This document shows, one piece after another, positions 35,079 through 43,269 of a stretch of DNA of 64,000 nt (position 1 is its first letter; each line of letters starts with the position of its first letter). The position numbers and the translations under genes are program-made. Under the pieces are notes generated by a model that saw nothing but the letters and a program-made list of their open reading frames with translations, searched no databases and was not told the DNA's origin. This stretch comes from Escherichia coli (GTDB lineage: Bacteria; Pseudomonadota; Gammaproteobacteria; Enterobacterales; Enterobacteriaceae): NCBI RefSeq assembly GCF_003019035.1, contig NZ_CP027447.1, one strand, 5' to 3'.

Positions 35079-35651
35079 TTACAACTCAGCTTGAGTTTGA
35101 AGTTCCTCTACAGGGTGATAACGATAAATCGTCGATATACCGATATCGTAAATAATTGCCAACTGTTTCCTGCTATAGCCATTTTTGATCAGCCTTGCTA
35201 TTTGTTCATGTTGCTCTTTTGTCAGTTTCGGACGACGTCCACCAATACGCCCCTGTGCACGTGCTGCTTCAAGTCCGGCCAGTGTTCGTTCGACTATTAA
35301 TTCACGCTCCATTTCCGCTAAAGCCCCCATGACGTGAAAAAAGAAACGTCCCATGGGTGTTGACGTATCAATGCTGTCTGTAAGACTACGGAAGTTAACC
35401 CCTTTTTCCCGCAGTTCCTCAATAAGAGTGATTAGGTGTTTCATGCTTCTGCCCAGCCTGTCCAGCTTCCAGACAACGAGCGTATCTCCTTCTGATAACG
35501 TTCTGAGCAGCTTTTTCAATCCCGGTCGGGCTGACTTTGTTCCGCTGATTTTATCCTCAAAAATCAGTTCACATCCTGCGCAGTTCAGTGCGTTTCGTTG
35601 TAAATCTGTATTCTGGTCATTTGTTGACACACGAATGTAGCCAATTTGCAT
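35079..35651 (-). CDS. Serine-recombinase DNA invertase (Gin/Pin/Hin family)
   Basis: Start taken at MQIGYIRVSTNDQNTDLQRNAL (190 aa); catalytic-Ser N-terminal motif and C-terminal HTH; closest to Pin/Gin by memory. Track ORF 35079..35846 is over-extended. Confidence 0.92.
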   Translation of the reverse strand: MQIGYIRVSTNDQNTDLQRNALNCAGCELIFEDKISGTKSARPGLKKLLRTLSEGDTLVVWKLDRLGRSMKHLITLIEELREKGVNFRSLTDSIDTSTPMGRFFFHVMGALAEMERELIVERTLAGLEAARAQGRIGGRRPKLTKEQHEQIARLIKNGYSRKQLAIIYDIGISTIYRYHPVEELQTQAEL

Positions 35652-35722
35652 GAAAAATATCCTCTTTGTTTTGTTAAAAATACATAGCTGGTATAGGTGG
35701 GAGTTAAGACGAAAACGTTGGT

Positions 35723-36184
35723 TTGGGGGAAGGCTCTGCACTACCTGTTGGTGTGCCTGTTCCATGGCCGTCAGCCACACCGCCAACAGGGTGGCTGAAA
35801 TGTAACGGTGCAGCATTTTCTTCTGAAATGTACCCCAATCTGGCAAAGGCTTACCCCACGAATAAATTACCGGATTTACGGGGCGAATTTATCCGTGGCT
35901 GGGATGACGGACGAGGTATTGATGCAGGACGAGAGATACTTTCATTTCAGGAAGGCACTATCGTCTCCGGTTTTGATGATAATGATACTGGGGATATCAG
36001 TTCACTTAGCTCAACACAATACGGATTTGGTGACACTCTAACCTCTAATCAATGGGGGGCCATAAATGGCAAAAAGTGGATATTTGATGCATCCAGTAAA
36101 GGTGCACAAAAATATGACTGGTGGGCTTATGTATCAGCTCGTCCGCGTAATATTGCATTTAATTACATCGTAAGAGCGGCATAG
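35723..36184 (+). CDS. Tail-fibre C-terminal alternative cassette A (start-less, inverted relative to the fibre gene)
   Basis: Shares the conserved block GEGSALPVGVPVPWPSATPPTGWLKCNGAAFSSE...RGEFIRGWDDGRGID and the conserved end RPRNIAFNYIVRAA with the expressed fibre; no ATG (the track start is an alternative TTG codon). Confidence 0.7.
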   Translation: MGEGSALPVGVPVPWPSATPPTGWLKCNGAAFSSEMYPNLAKAYPTNKLPDLRGEFIRGWDDGRGIDAGREILSFQEGTIVSGFDDNDTGDISSLSSTQYGFGDTLTSNQWGAINGKKWIFDASSKGAQKYDWWAYVSARPRNIAFNYIVRAA

Positions 36185-36194
36185 AAACGTTGGT

Positions 36195-36671
36195 TTGGGG
36201 GAAGGCTCTGCACTGCCCGTTGGTGTACCTGTTCCGTGGCCCTCAGCCACTCCACCAACGGGCTGGCTGAAATGCAACGGCGCAGCATTTTCTTCTGAAG
36301 ATTACCCCAAACTGGCACAGGCTTACCCCGCGAACAAATTACCGGATCTACGGGGTGAATTTATCCGTGGCTGGGATGACGGGCGAGGGATTGATGCAGG
36401 ACGTGCTTTATTAAGCTTTCAAACTGGGATGCTGGAAAAACACCGCCATATTGTTGTAGCTAACGATGGGTATGACACAAAGGATGAATGGGAGTTGGCC
36501 ACAATTTTCAAAAAAACATATACACAAGGACGGGGACTTGATGCCACAAGTACAGGCGGGAGTCTGATCCCATCACCGACACTTCATTCACGAGGGAGTA
36601 TTGGTAACACTGGTGGTAGTGAAACTCGCCCCCGCAATATCGCATTTAACTATATCGTGAGGGCGGCTTAA
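36195..36671 (+). CDS. Tail-fibre C-terminal alternative cassette B (start-less, inverted)
   Basis: Same conserved 5' block and 3' end as cassette A, with a different central region; immediately follows cassette A. Confidence 0.7.
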   Translation: MGEGSALPVGVPVPWPSATPPTGWLKCNGAAFSSEDYPKLAQAYPANKLPDLRGEFIRGWDDGRGIDAGRALLSFQTGMLEKHRHIVVANDGYDTKDEWELATIFKKTYTQGRGLDATSTGGSLIPSPTLHSRGSIGNTGGSETRPRNIAFNYIVRAA

Positions 36672-36677
36672 TTATAC

Positions 36678-37295
36678 TCAACTGGCTGCTGCCAGAGGCA
36701 TTTCCGGCCAGTTGATATCCGGTGCAGTGCTGATGTCAGTCGCATTAAGCGTATCTATGAAATCAAGCACGGCGTTTAGTTTTTCCGTCTCCTGGGGCGT
36801 CAATCGGCGTCCGGCTCGTAGTTTGAGATTAATAAGCTCAACAGATGCCATTGCCTGTTCCTCAAGTTGCTGACGATGCGCTCCGGCAGCTTCCAGTTCT
36901 GCTGCGTGCTGTCGTCTCGTATCTGTCACCCAAATCTCACCATCCCAGACATCATAGATAGTAGCTGGCTGTTTCACCGTCGTATCAGGAGGGTAATCTC
37001 CCGGTTGTGTGATTTGCACAGCGTTACCATTCTCTGTGCTGTAAACCGTTTCGCCTCTGTGGTCTGGAACATATTTCCAGATGTTCTGGTCGGTATCACG
37101 ACAGACAGCGAAGCCGGGGCGTTTTTCTGGTGGCGCGTCAATGCATGAGTGAGCCGGAATTCCAACACCATAAGCGAGATACTCAACAGTGGCAGAGAGA
37201 TATTCACGGTTTTCAGCATCGTAGTTATAAACGGTAATATCGCCTGCAGTTATAGCGATACCATTCTGATCAAGTACTGCAGCAGCATTATTCAT
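36678..37295 (-). CDS. Tail-fibre assembly protein (Mu U / P2 G-like chaperone)
   Basis: 205-aa ORF of the tail-fibre assembly family; its start overlaps the cassette C stop (TAATG). Confidence 0.8.
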   Translation of the reverse strand: MNNAAAVLDQNGIAITAGDITVYNYDAENREYLSATVEYLAYGVGIPAHSCIDAPPEKRPGFAVCRDTDQNIWKYVPDHRGETVYSTENGNAVQITQPGDYPPDTTVKQPATIYDVWDGEIWVTDTRRQHAAELEAAGAHRQQLEEQAMASVELINLKLRAGRRLTPQETEKLNAVLDFIDTLNATDISTAPDINWPEMPLAAAS

Positions 37296-37819
37296 TAAGT
37301 AGCCCTTACAATATAGTTAAACGCAATATTACGGGGGCGGTTTTCCGTTCCTGTATTCCCTCCGTTGGCACCTAATCTATAAACACCACGAGTGCCAATA
37401 GCACGTAGTGAAGATGGAACTTTTACACCTGACTCATCTGTTTTAACAATCCCGCCATCACCGTATGTAGCCAGTATACCAGGGTTTGTTCCTGCACGGG
37501 TGCTGTTTGCGGCAAGCCCTTCACCAGTCCATAACTCCATATAATGAATATGATCTATAACCGAATGTGATTGTGCATTAAGCAAGGAACGCCCTGAATC
37601 AATTCCCCGCCCGTCATCCCAGCCACGAATAAACTCGCCCCGTAAATCCGGTAATTTATTGGTGGGGTAAGCCTTTGCCAGTTTGGGGTACATTTCAGAA
37701 GAAAATGCTGCACCGTTACATTTCAGCCACCCCGTTGGCGGCGTGGCTGAAGGCCATGGAACGGGCACACCAACGGGCAGCGCCGAGCCTTCCCCTAAAC
37801 CAACGTTTTCATGCGGCTC
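37295..37819 (-). CDS. Tail-fibre C-terminal alternative cassette C (start-less, direct orientation)
   Basis: Frame is open from the stop at 37820-37822; encodes ENVGLGEGSALPVGVPVPW...ENRPRNIAFNYIVRAT; no ATG. Confidence 0.7.
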   Translation of the reverse strand, partial: EPHENVGLGEGSALPVGVPVPWPSATPPTGWLKCNGAAFSSEMYPKLAKAYPTNKLPDLRGEFIRGWDDGRGIDSGRSLLNAQSHSVIDHIHYMELWTGEGLAANSTRAGTNPGILATYGDGGIVKTDESGVKVPSSLRAIGTRGVYRLGANGGNTGTENRPRNIAFNYIVRAT

Positions 37820-38351
37820 TTACGATGTAATTGAATGCAACGTTGCGGGGGCGTGTTTCTGCTGTGCCGACAATACTGGTACTCAGTCCTGTCGCTGTTC
37901 GTTTGTTATTTTTATTCCCTTCGATAAGACAGTTGTAATCGTCATTACCAATTAACGAGTTGGTGGCATCAATACCGTCCGGGGACAAGGCATTAGTTGT
38001 GGAACTTAAAGTCAGCATCTCGTCTGAACTTGGAAGATTTTTTAATGGGGTCTCATTACGTGAAATACCCGCATAAAAAAAGGACTCATGCCTGTGCGCT
38101 TCAAAAGAGTCATCCTGAAGACTTAGCAAGGCACGCCCAGCATCCAAGCCACGTCCATCATCCCAGCCACGGATAAATTCACCCCGTAGATCCGGTAATT
38201 TGTTCGCGGGGTAAGCCTGTGCCAGTTTGGGGTAATCTTCAGAAGAAAATGCTGCGCCGTTGCATTTCAGCCAGCCCGTTGGTGGAGTGGCTGAGGGCCA
38301 CGGAACAGGTACACCAACGGGCAGTGCAGAGCCTTCCCCAAACCAACGTTT
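37809..38351 (-). CDS. Tail-fibre C-terminal alternative cassette D (start-less, direct; G-tract one nt shorter than in the others)
   Basis: Conserved 5' block and RPRNVAFNYIVRAA end; the frame begins directly after the fibre gene's TAG stop; ggtttgggg here versus ggtttggggg in the fibre and cassettes A and B. Confidence 0.65.
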   Translation of the reverse strand, partial: KRWFGEGSALPVGVPVPWPSATPPTGWLKCNGAAFSSEDYPKLAQAYPANKLPDLRGEFIRGWDDGRGLDAGRALLSLQDDSFEAHRHESFFYAGISRNETPLKNLPSSDEMLTLSSTTNALSPDGIDATNSLIGNDDYNCLIEGNKNNKRTATGLSTSIVGTAETRPRNVAFNYIVRAA

Positions 38352-39317
38352 CTATGCTGCTCTCACAATGTAGTTAAAGGCGATGTTGCGTGGACGAGTT
38401 ACATTAAAAAAGGACCCACTTAAAGCAGCTTTGGCACGACCAGCGACGTTACCCAGAATTGCATACCATAAATAATCACTCCTGTAATTCGTTGAAAATG
38501 TTTTATCGCCACCGTAATCAATACTATTTCCGTTACTCATATATGAAATATCAACTGCGGCATCATTGTCATCTCTACCACCAACCAAAGTACCTTTCTG
38601 CCACCCAAGCAACTGGCGACCAGGATCAATCCCGCGCCCGTCATCCCAGCCACGGATAAATTCACCCCGTAAATCCGGTAATTTATTGGTGGGGTAAGCT
38701 TTTGCCAGTTTGGGATACATTTCAGAAGAAAATGCTGCACCGTTACATTTCAGCCAGCCCGTTGGTGGTGTTGCTGAGGGCCACGGAACAGGCACACCAA
38801 CGGGCAGCGCAGAGCCTTCCCCCAAACCAAGGTTTTTGACAAACAGCGCAGGATCAGGAATATCTGCGCCGTTCTGGTCTTTAGCCAGCTTTTCCGCCAG
38901 CTTGTTCAGTACCGTAGTCGCAAAGTTTGGATCATTACCGAGAGCGTCAGCCAGCTCTTTAAGCGTATCCAGTGTCTCAGGGGCGCTGCCTGCAAGCGCC
39001 GCAAGTGCTTTGGCCACAAACTCCGTTGTCGCCAGCTTTTTGCTGTTATCGCCATTTGCAGGTGTAGGTGCTGTTGGTGTGCCGGTGAATGTCGGACTGG
39101 CTTTCTGTGCGTACTGGGTATGCGGGTCTGCTGCCGCGATGTGTTTCGCAAGGTCAGCCCCGCCTTTTTCAACCTGTTGCTTCAGGTACAGCGTGCGGCT
39201 GGCCAGTTGTTTACCCTGACGGTTAGAAATTCCGTCAGGTCCGCCCAGAACGGGGTCAGAGACCTCAATCTGGTAGATGCCGTCTTCCCACTGCGGGGTT
39301 TCGGGTAGATTTGCCAT
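38352..39317 (-). CDS. Tail fibre protein (constant N-terminal part plus the currently fused variable C-terminal part)
   Basis: 321-aa ORF; residues from about 165 onward carry the same conserved block and end as the cassettes. Confidence 0.88.
   Translation of the reverse strand: MANLPETPQWEDGIYQIEVSDPVLGGPDGISNRQGKQLASRTLYLKQQVEKGGADLAKHIAAADPHTQYAQKASPTFTGTPTAPTPANGDNSKKLATTEFVAKALAALAGSAPETLDTLKELADALGNDPNFATTVLNKLAEKLAKDQNGADIPDPALFVKNLGLGEGSALPVGVPVPWPSATPPTGWLKCNGAAFSSEMYPKLAKAYPTNKLPDLRGEFIRGWDDGRGIDPGRQLLGWQKGTLVGGRDDNDAAVDISYMSNGNSIDYGGDKTFSTNYRSDYLWYAILGNVAGRAKAALSGSFFNVTRPRNIAFNYIVRAA
38817..38842. promoter_or_regulatory. Candidate invertase crossover site (hix/gix-like 26-bp imperfect palindrome) at the fibre constant/variable junction
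   Basis: TTCCCCCAAACC-AA-GGTTTTTGACAA; the right half matches the hixL half GGTTTTTGATAA at 11 of 12 positions (consensus recalled from memory); an equivalent GGTTTGGGGGAA half-site starts every cassette. Confidence 0.4.
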
Positions 39318-39319
39318 AA

Positions 39320-39898
39320 TTAACTGCTCCCGTGGTTGTAACTACCGTTATAACGGGTAGTACTGTTGTATCGAATGGCGACAGACTGATATTCCAGACT
39401 TGCCAGATGACAGCGAGCCGGAGCAAAGGCAGCAAGCGTCTGACGTAACAGCGCCGCCTGATCGTTAGTGATGGGTTGTTGAAGGATGACGCGATAGACT
39501 GCCCAGGCTTGTGCATCACCATGGACGAAAAGCCCGTTGTACGTGTGTCTGCCGTCATAGCCAATCTGCCCCGTACCTTCAATCAGATCCACTTCGCCGA
39601 AGCCAAAACGGCGGATAATTTCCCGGATTGACCACGGTGTTCCTTTATAGCGGTGTAGCTCGATAGCGGATTTGATAAGCATGCGGCGCACATCGTCCGA
39701 TTCCGCCAGTTCCCAGCCATCGCCGAACAGCGAGAACTGCTCGCCAAGCCATGGCAGCGCGGAACTGTCGACAATATCGACGAGACCGACCATCAGTACG
39801 CTCAGGTCGATGTTATCCAGCCGTCCGGCCAGTCTTCCCAGCGTTCTGAGACTGATATCACCCTCAAGCGGTGGCGGGAGTTGTAGCACCTCAGCCAT
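39320..39898 (-). CDS. Baseplate/tail protein (P2 gpI-like)
   Basis: 192-aa ORF directly upstream of the fibre gene, in the position and of the size of P2 I / Mu gp48. Confidence 0.65.
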   Translation of the reverse strand: MAEVLQLPPPLEGDISLRTLGRLAGRLDNIDLSVLMVGLVDIVDSSALPWLGEQFSLFGDGWELAESDDVRRMLIKSAIELHRYKGTPWSIREIIRRFGFGEVDLIEGTGQIGYDGRHTYNGLFVHGDAQAWAVYRVILQQPITNDQAALLRQTLAAFAPARCHLASLEYQSVAIRYNSTTRYNGSYNHGSS

Positions 39899-39976
39899 CG
39901 GACACCCCGGTCATGTTAAGAGTGATCGCCGTACAGTTTGCCCATTCGTTTTCTGCCACCACCCTCAGTGCCGGTG

Positions 39977-40993
39977 TCACCAGTTCGACCGGTACACCCC
40001 GGAAACGGACAACACGCTGATAATCTGGCTGGGAACAATATCGCGCCCCAGCGTGGCGGTACGGGATGCCACCCAGTTCTGTATGGCGCTGTTAGCGTTG
40101 TCCTTTACCAACCTTGCATCCTGATCACGATAGATCGTAATCCTGGCTTCAATGGTGTAATCCACCTGAACAGGTGTTTTAGCCCGCACGGTATCAGTGA
40201 GTGGTCTGACTTTTTCGTCAGAACAGAAACTCTCTACCAGAGTGAGGATACTGCTGTCCGGCAGACCAGTGCTGAGCAGCGGATACAGCTCGACAGTGCC
40301 GGGAGCGGGAGAAAGAACAGCAACGTCGACAATGCCGGGATGCGCCCCCATAGCATGAAAACGGTATGCACCACGGCTTCCGGCATTGGTGAATGACTCC
40401 GGGGCCAGCCTGATACGCTCCCGGAGTCGGTCATCGTCTTCCTGCTCTGAACCGCCAGAGCTGGCCGTCAGATTGGTCACCAGCAGGTCAATGTTATCAA
40501 TCTCATCGAGTAACTGACTGACCTGCGCCGGTTGCCAGCCGTTGCCAGCGGTACCCGGCTCGGTACAGGTGGCCGTGACATTGACCAGCAGCAATCCGGC
40601 CTTCAGCACCACATCTGTATCGGTGGCAAAAATAATACTGTCGGAAGCGCTGACGCGGGTGCCTGCCGGGATCAGCACATCAATGGCCAGTGCCTCATCC
40701 ACAGAGAACTGAAGTGTGGTGGTGGCAGGCTGCGCAGCAAGGCGGTATACACCGACCAGTTCACCGAGGTAATCAATCATCGGCTCCCGGGAAAAGGCGA
40801 CCAGATTCAGCTTCGCCGCCTCCTGTACCGCCACCCTGACCAGCATTTCGCGATAGGCCCACAGGTCTATCAGCAGACGTTCTGCCTGTGCCGGGTACAA
40901 CGTTTTGCCGGTATCCGCTTCATACTTCGCAATCATTTCTGCCGTGATTTTATCGGCATCGCGTTCAATAAAATCGGGTTCTGTCAGCGCCAT
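39977..40993 (-). CDS. Baseplate protein J-like (P2 gpJ / Mu gp47)
   Basis: 338-aa ORF; overlaps the W-like gene upstream. Confidence 0.75.
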   Translation of the reverse strand: MALTEPDFIERDADKITAEMIAKYEADTGKTLYPAQAERLLIDLWAYREMLVRVAVQEAAKLNLVAFSREPMIDYLGELVGVYRLAAQPATTTLQFSVDEALAIDVLIPAGTRVSASDSIIFATDTDVVLKAGLLLVNVTATCTEPGTAGNGWQPAQVSQLLDEIDNIDLLVTNLTASSGGSEQEDDDRLRERIRLAPESFTNAGSRGAYRFHAMGAHPGIVDVAVLSPAPGTVELYPLLSTGLPDSSILTLVESFCSDEKVRPLTDTVRAKTPVQVDYTIEARITIYRDQDARLVKDNANSAIQNWVASRTATLGRDIVPSQIISVLSVSGVYRSNW

Positions 40994-41331
40994 AGCAGTT
41001 CCTGAGTACGGGGTTGTCCGTCTGAGCCTTTCCAGCTCACCCGGAGCGTAAGATGTTCGCCGTCGACGGCGGGTTTAACCGACATAAGCTGGCAGCGGGG
41101 TTCCCAGCGCCTGATGGCATCGACGGATTCGCGAACCACATGCGGAATGGCCCGGTCGACAGGCCAGTCGATATAAAGGTGCAGATTGCTGCCGAACTCC
41201 GGGCGATGCGGGTCGCTGCCGCGGGGAGTCCGCAGGATGATCTGGATGGACTGCCGGATATCATCCAGCCCCCGGACGATTTCGCCGGGAGCCTGCAGAG
41301 CTGGTTGCCAGAATACTGAGGTCGTTTTCAT
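40984..41331 (-). CDS. Baseplate wedge protein (P2 gpW / T4 gp25-like)
   Basis: 115-aa ORF with a GPW/gp25-like sequence. Confidence 0.75.
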   Translation of the reverse strand: MKTTSVFWQPALQAPGEIVRGLDDIRQSIQIILRTPRGSDPHRPEFGSNLHLYIDWPVDRAIPHVVRESVDAIRRWEPRCQLMSVKPAVDGEHLTLRVSWKGSDGQPRTQELLWR

Positions 41332-41387
41332 GGAGGCAGTATTGCCCCCGGGAAGTAAGCACCGATATTAAAGGCGTTTAAGAAGGT

Positions 41388-41915
41388 TCAATGGGAATGG
41401 TGATTAGAGTTCTGACCATCTGCAAATATGTTACCCGTTGCATGGGCGCTTCCGTTGATTTCCAGATCACCATTGAGTGTCGCGGGGCCGTTGATCGTGG
41501 TAACTCCCGTGAGGTCGAGGTTTTTCCCTTTGAGAGAGATATCAGCGGCAACCTCCACCACGATACGCTCAATACCTCCTCTGACCGTCAGCGTATGGGT
41601 CGCGCGGTTATAACTGAACTCCGCGCCATCAGCGTATTTCGTACCCCGGACGTTTTTATCTCTGAACGGCGGTTTATCGACGTCTGAGTACACCGCGCCC
41701 AGAATAACACCATCCTCGCCGTTGGCATCGAGCAGCACCTCAACCTGCTCCCCCACGTCAGGGAGCCAGTAATCCTTGTTATCCTGGGTATTGCGCTGCA
41801 GCACGTTAAGCCAGTTTGTGCGCAGATTATCGCATTCAGGCAGACGAACGCGGGCCTGAACCCTGTCGGCATCCACGGCACTGACCGTACCGACCTGACG
41901 GGTGACACCAGTCAT
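41388..41915 (-). CDS. Baseplate spike/assembly protein (P2 gpV-like)
   Basis: 175-aa ORF; N-terminal OB-fold-like region followed by a Gly-rich tip. Confidence 0.7.
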   Translation of the reverse strand: MTGVTRQVGTVSAVDADRVQARVRLPECDNLRTNWLNVLQRNTQDNKDYWLPDVGEQVEVLLDANGEDGVILGAVYSDVDKPPFRDKNVRGTKYADGAEFSYNRATHTLTVRGGIERIVVEVAADISLKGKNLDLTGVTTINGPATLNGDLEINGSAHATGNIFADGQNSNHHSH

Positions 41916-43066
41916 TTTTTCTTCTCCTTAATCACCGTCGATGTACTGCCATCCGGGTGATAAACCGTGAGTTTCTGAGTTTTTTGTTTTTTCCCTCTTG
42001 TGACTGGCCCCCGTGCCACTTCCAGCTCTGTGGTGTAGCCGCTGTTACGCTCAAACGCATGGCGGGCAGTGGTTATGAGCCATGGCCCGGATAACTGCCC
42101 AAAGCCCACCAGTTCAATTTTGTTGCCTGCTGTCAGTTGAGGCGTTCCCGTCAGCGTCAGGGAGCCGTTCTGCTGGTATTCGTTATGTCTGGCCAGTGCT
42201 GAATCCGCTTTAATCCGGGCACTGTCCGGGTCGCTGACGCGACTGTTAACTTTAAGTGAGTCAGCGCTGGTAACCTTACCACCTTTGAGCTTTTTGTCGC
42301 TTTCACGGGTACCACCATCAGCTTCGTAGACGATCAGTTTTTTACTGCTGCTTTTCTGGTGTTTTACCTTTGCAGATTTATAGACCCGGTTGATGGTGTC
42401 ACGCAGGGAAAAGCGGGCCACATCCTGCGGTTTTAACTGCCTGACCGGCTCCTGACTGCGCAGTGTGGCCAGATGAGAAAAAATCAGCTGGTCACTGACC
42501 ACTTTCACTGCATAACCATACTCGCTGGCCAGCCGGCGCAGAAAACCCACGTCGGTTTCAGCATACTGGGTCACCCGGTCGATTCTGATGGACTCAATGC
42601 TGCCCACCAGTTTCAGCCGGTGCTTTCTGGCAATCCGCCCCGCAACAGCTGCCAGCGTGGTGTTCTCAAAACCACGGCTGGATTTAGTCCGCAGAGCACT
42701 GTTAACCGAGGTGGCCACCCCACGGATAGCGACAACGGACGCGGGCGAACTCACTTCGATCTCGTCTATTGAGAATGTACCGCAGGACAGCAGTTTCTCG
42801 CCCTGATAACCCATTTTCAGCGTCAGCGTGTCACCCTTGCCCGGATACCACTTATCCAGCCAGCGGCCATCGGTGTCGTCCAGCTCCACCTCAATGGTAT
42901 CGGACTCATTTTTGATGTTATCGCTCCAGACCACACGGGTGACATAAGGCGCGATATCAGAGGTGATGTTTTTCTGCAGATACCACAGAGTGAATACCGG
43001 CGTCAGCACATCGCTGACGCCGGTTAACGCTGATGTGGCTTGCGCAGTACTGTTTATCTCAGCCAT
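41912..43066 (-). CDS. Tail protein gpD-like (late control D / baseplate hub)
   Basis: 384-aa ORF in the position of P2 D / Mu P. Confidence 0.75.
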   Translation of the reverse strand: MAEINSTAQATSALTGVSDVLTPVFTLWYLQKNITSDIAPYVTRVVWSDNIKNESDTIEVELDDTDGRWLDKWYPGKGDTLTLKMGYQGEKLLSCGTFSIDEIEVSSPASVVAIRGVATSVNSALRTKSSRGFENTTLAAVAGRIARKHRLKLVGSIESIRIDRVTQYAETDVGFLRRLASEYGYAVKVVSDQLIFSHLATLRSQEPVRQLKPQDVARFSLRDTINRVYKSAKVKHQKSSSKKLIVYEADGGTRESDKKLKGGKVTSADSLKVNSRVSDPDSARIKADSALARHNEYQQNGSLTLTGTPQLTAGNKIELVGFGQLSGPWLITTARHAFERNSGYTTELEVARGPVTRGKKQKTQKLTVYHPDGSTSTVIKEKKK

Positions 43067-43269
43067 GGGGCAATATCCTCTTCTGTACGGGCATCTTCAG
43101 CCTCAATAACCGGGATCAGTAACAACAACCCGGAGGGCAGCACCGGCGTAATGGCCACGTGCGGATTGGCTGCAATAATCCGGGGATAGCCCAGCGGGTC
43201 ACCGTAGTACTGCCATGCCAGCGAATCCCAGCGCTCTCCGTCACGGGTAATATGTTCAAGAAACATCAC
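43054..43269 (-). CDS. Tail protein X-like (LysM-like)
   Basis: 71-aa ORF in P2 gpX size and position. Confidence 0.65.
   Translation of the reverse strand: MMFLEHITRDGERWDSLAWQYYGDPLGYPRIIAANPHVAITPVLPSGLLLLIPVIEAEDARTEEDIAPWLR

Noticed and set aside
35652-35846. N-terminal extension of the invertase ORF
   Set aside because: Serine invertases begin at the M-x-IGY-x-RVST motif; the extra 65 codons overlap the cassette A flank and probably the invertase promoter.
35700-38850. Possible CRISPR array or IS-element repeats in the tail-fibre region
   Set aside because: The repeats are about 200-bp protein-coding blocks in both orientations with variable coding inserts of 250-350 bp. There are no short regular spacers, transposase or cas genes.
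35079-39317. Identification as the K-12 e14 element (Pin invertase)
   Set aside because: The invertase is Pin-like, but the element is not at e14's icd location and it carries a full Mu-type head, tail and lysis complement.
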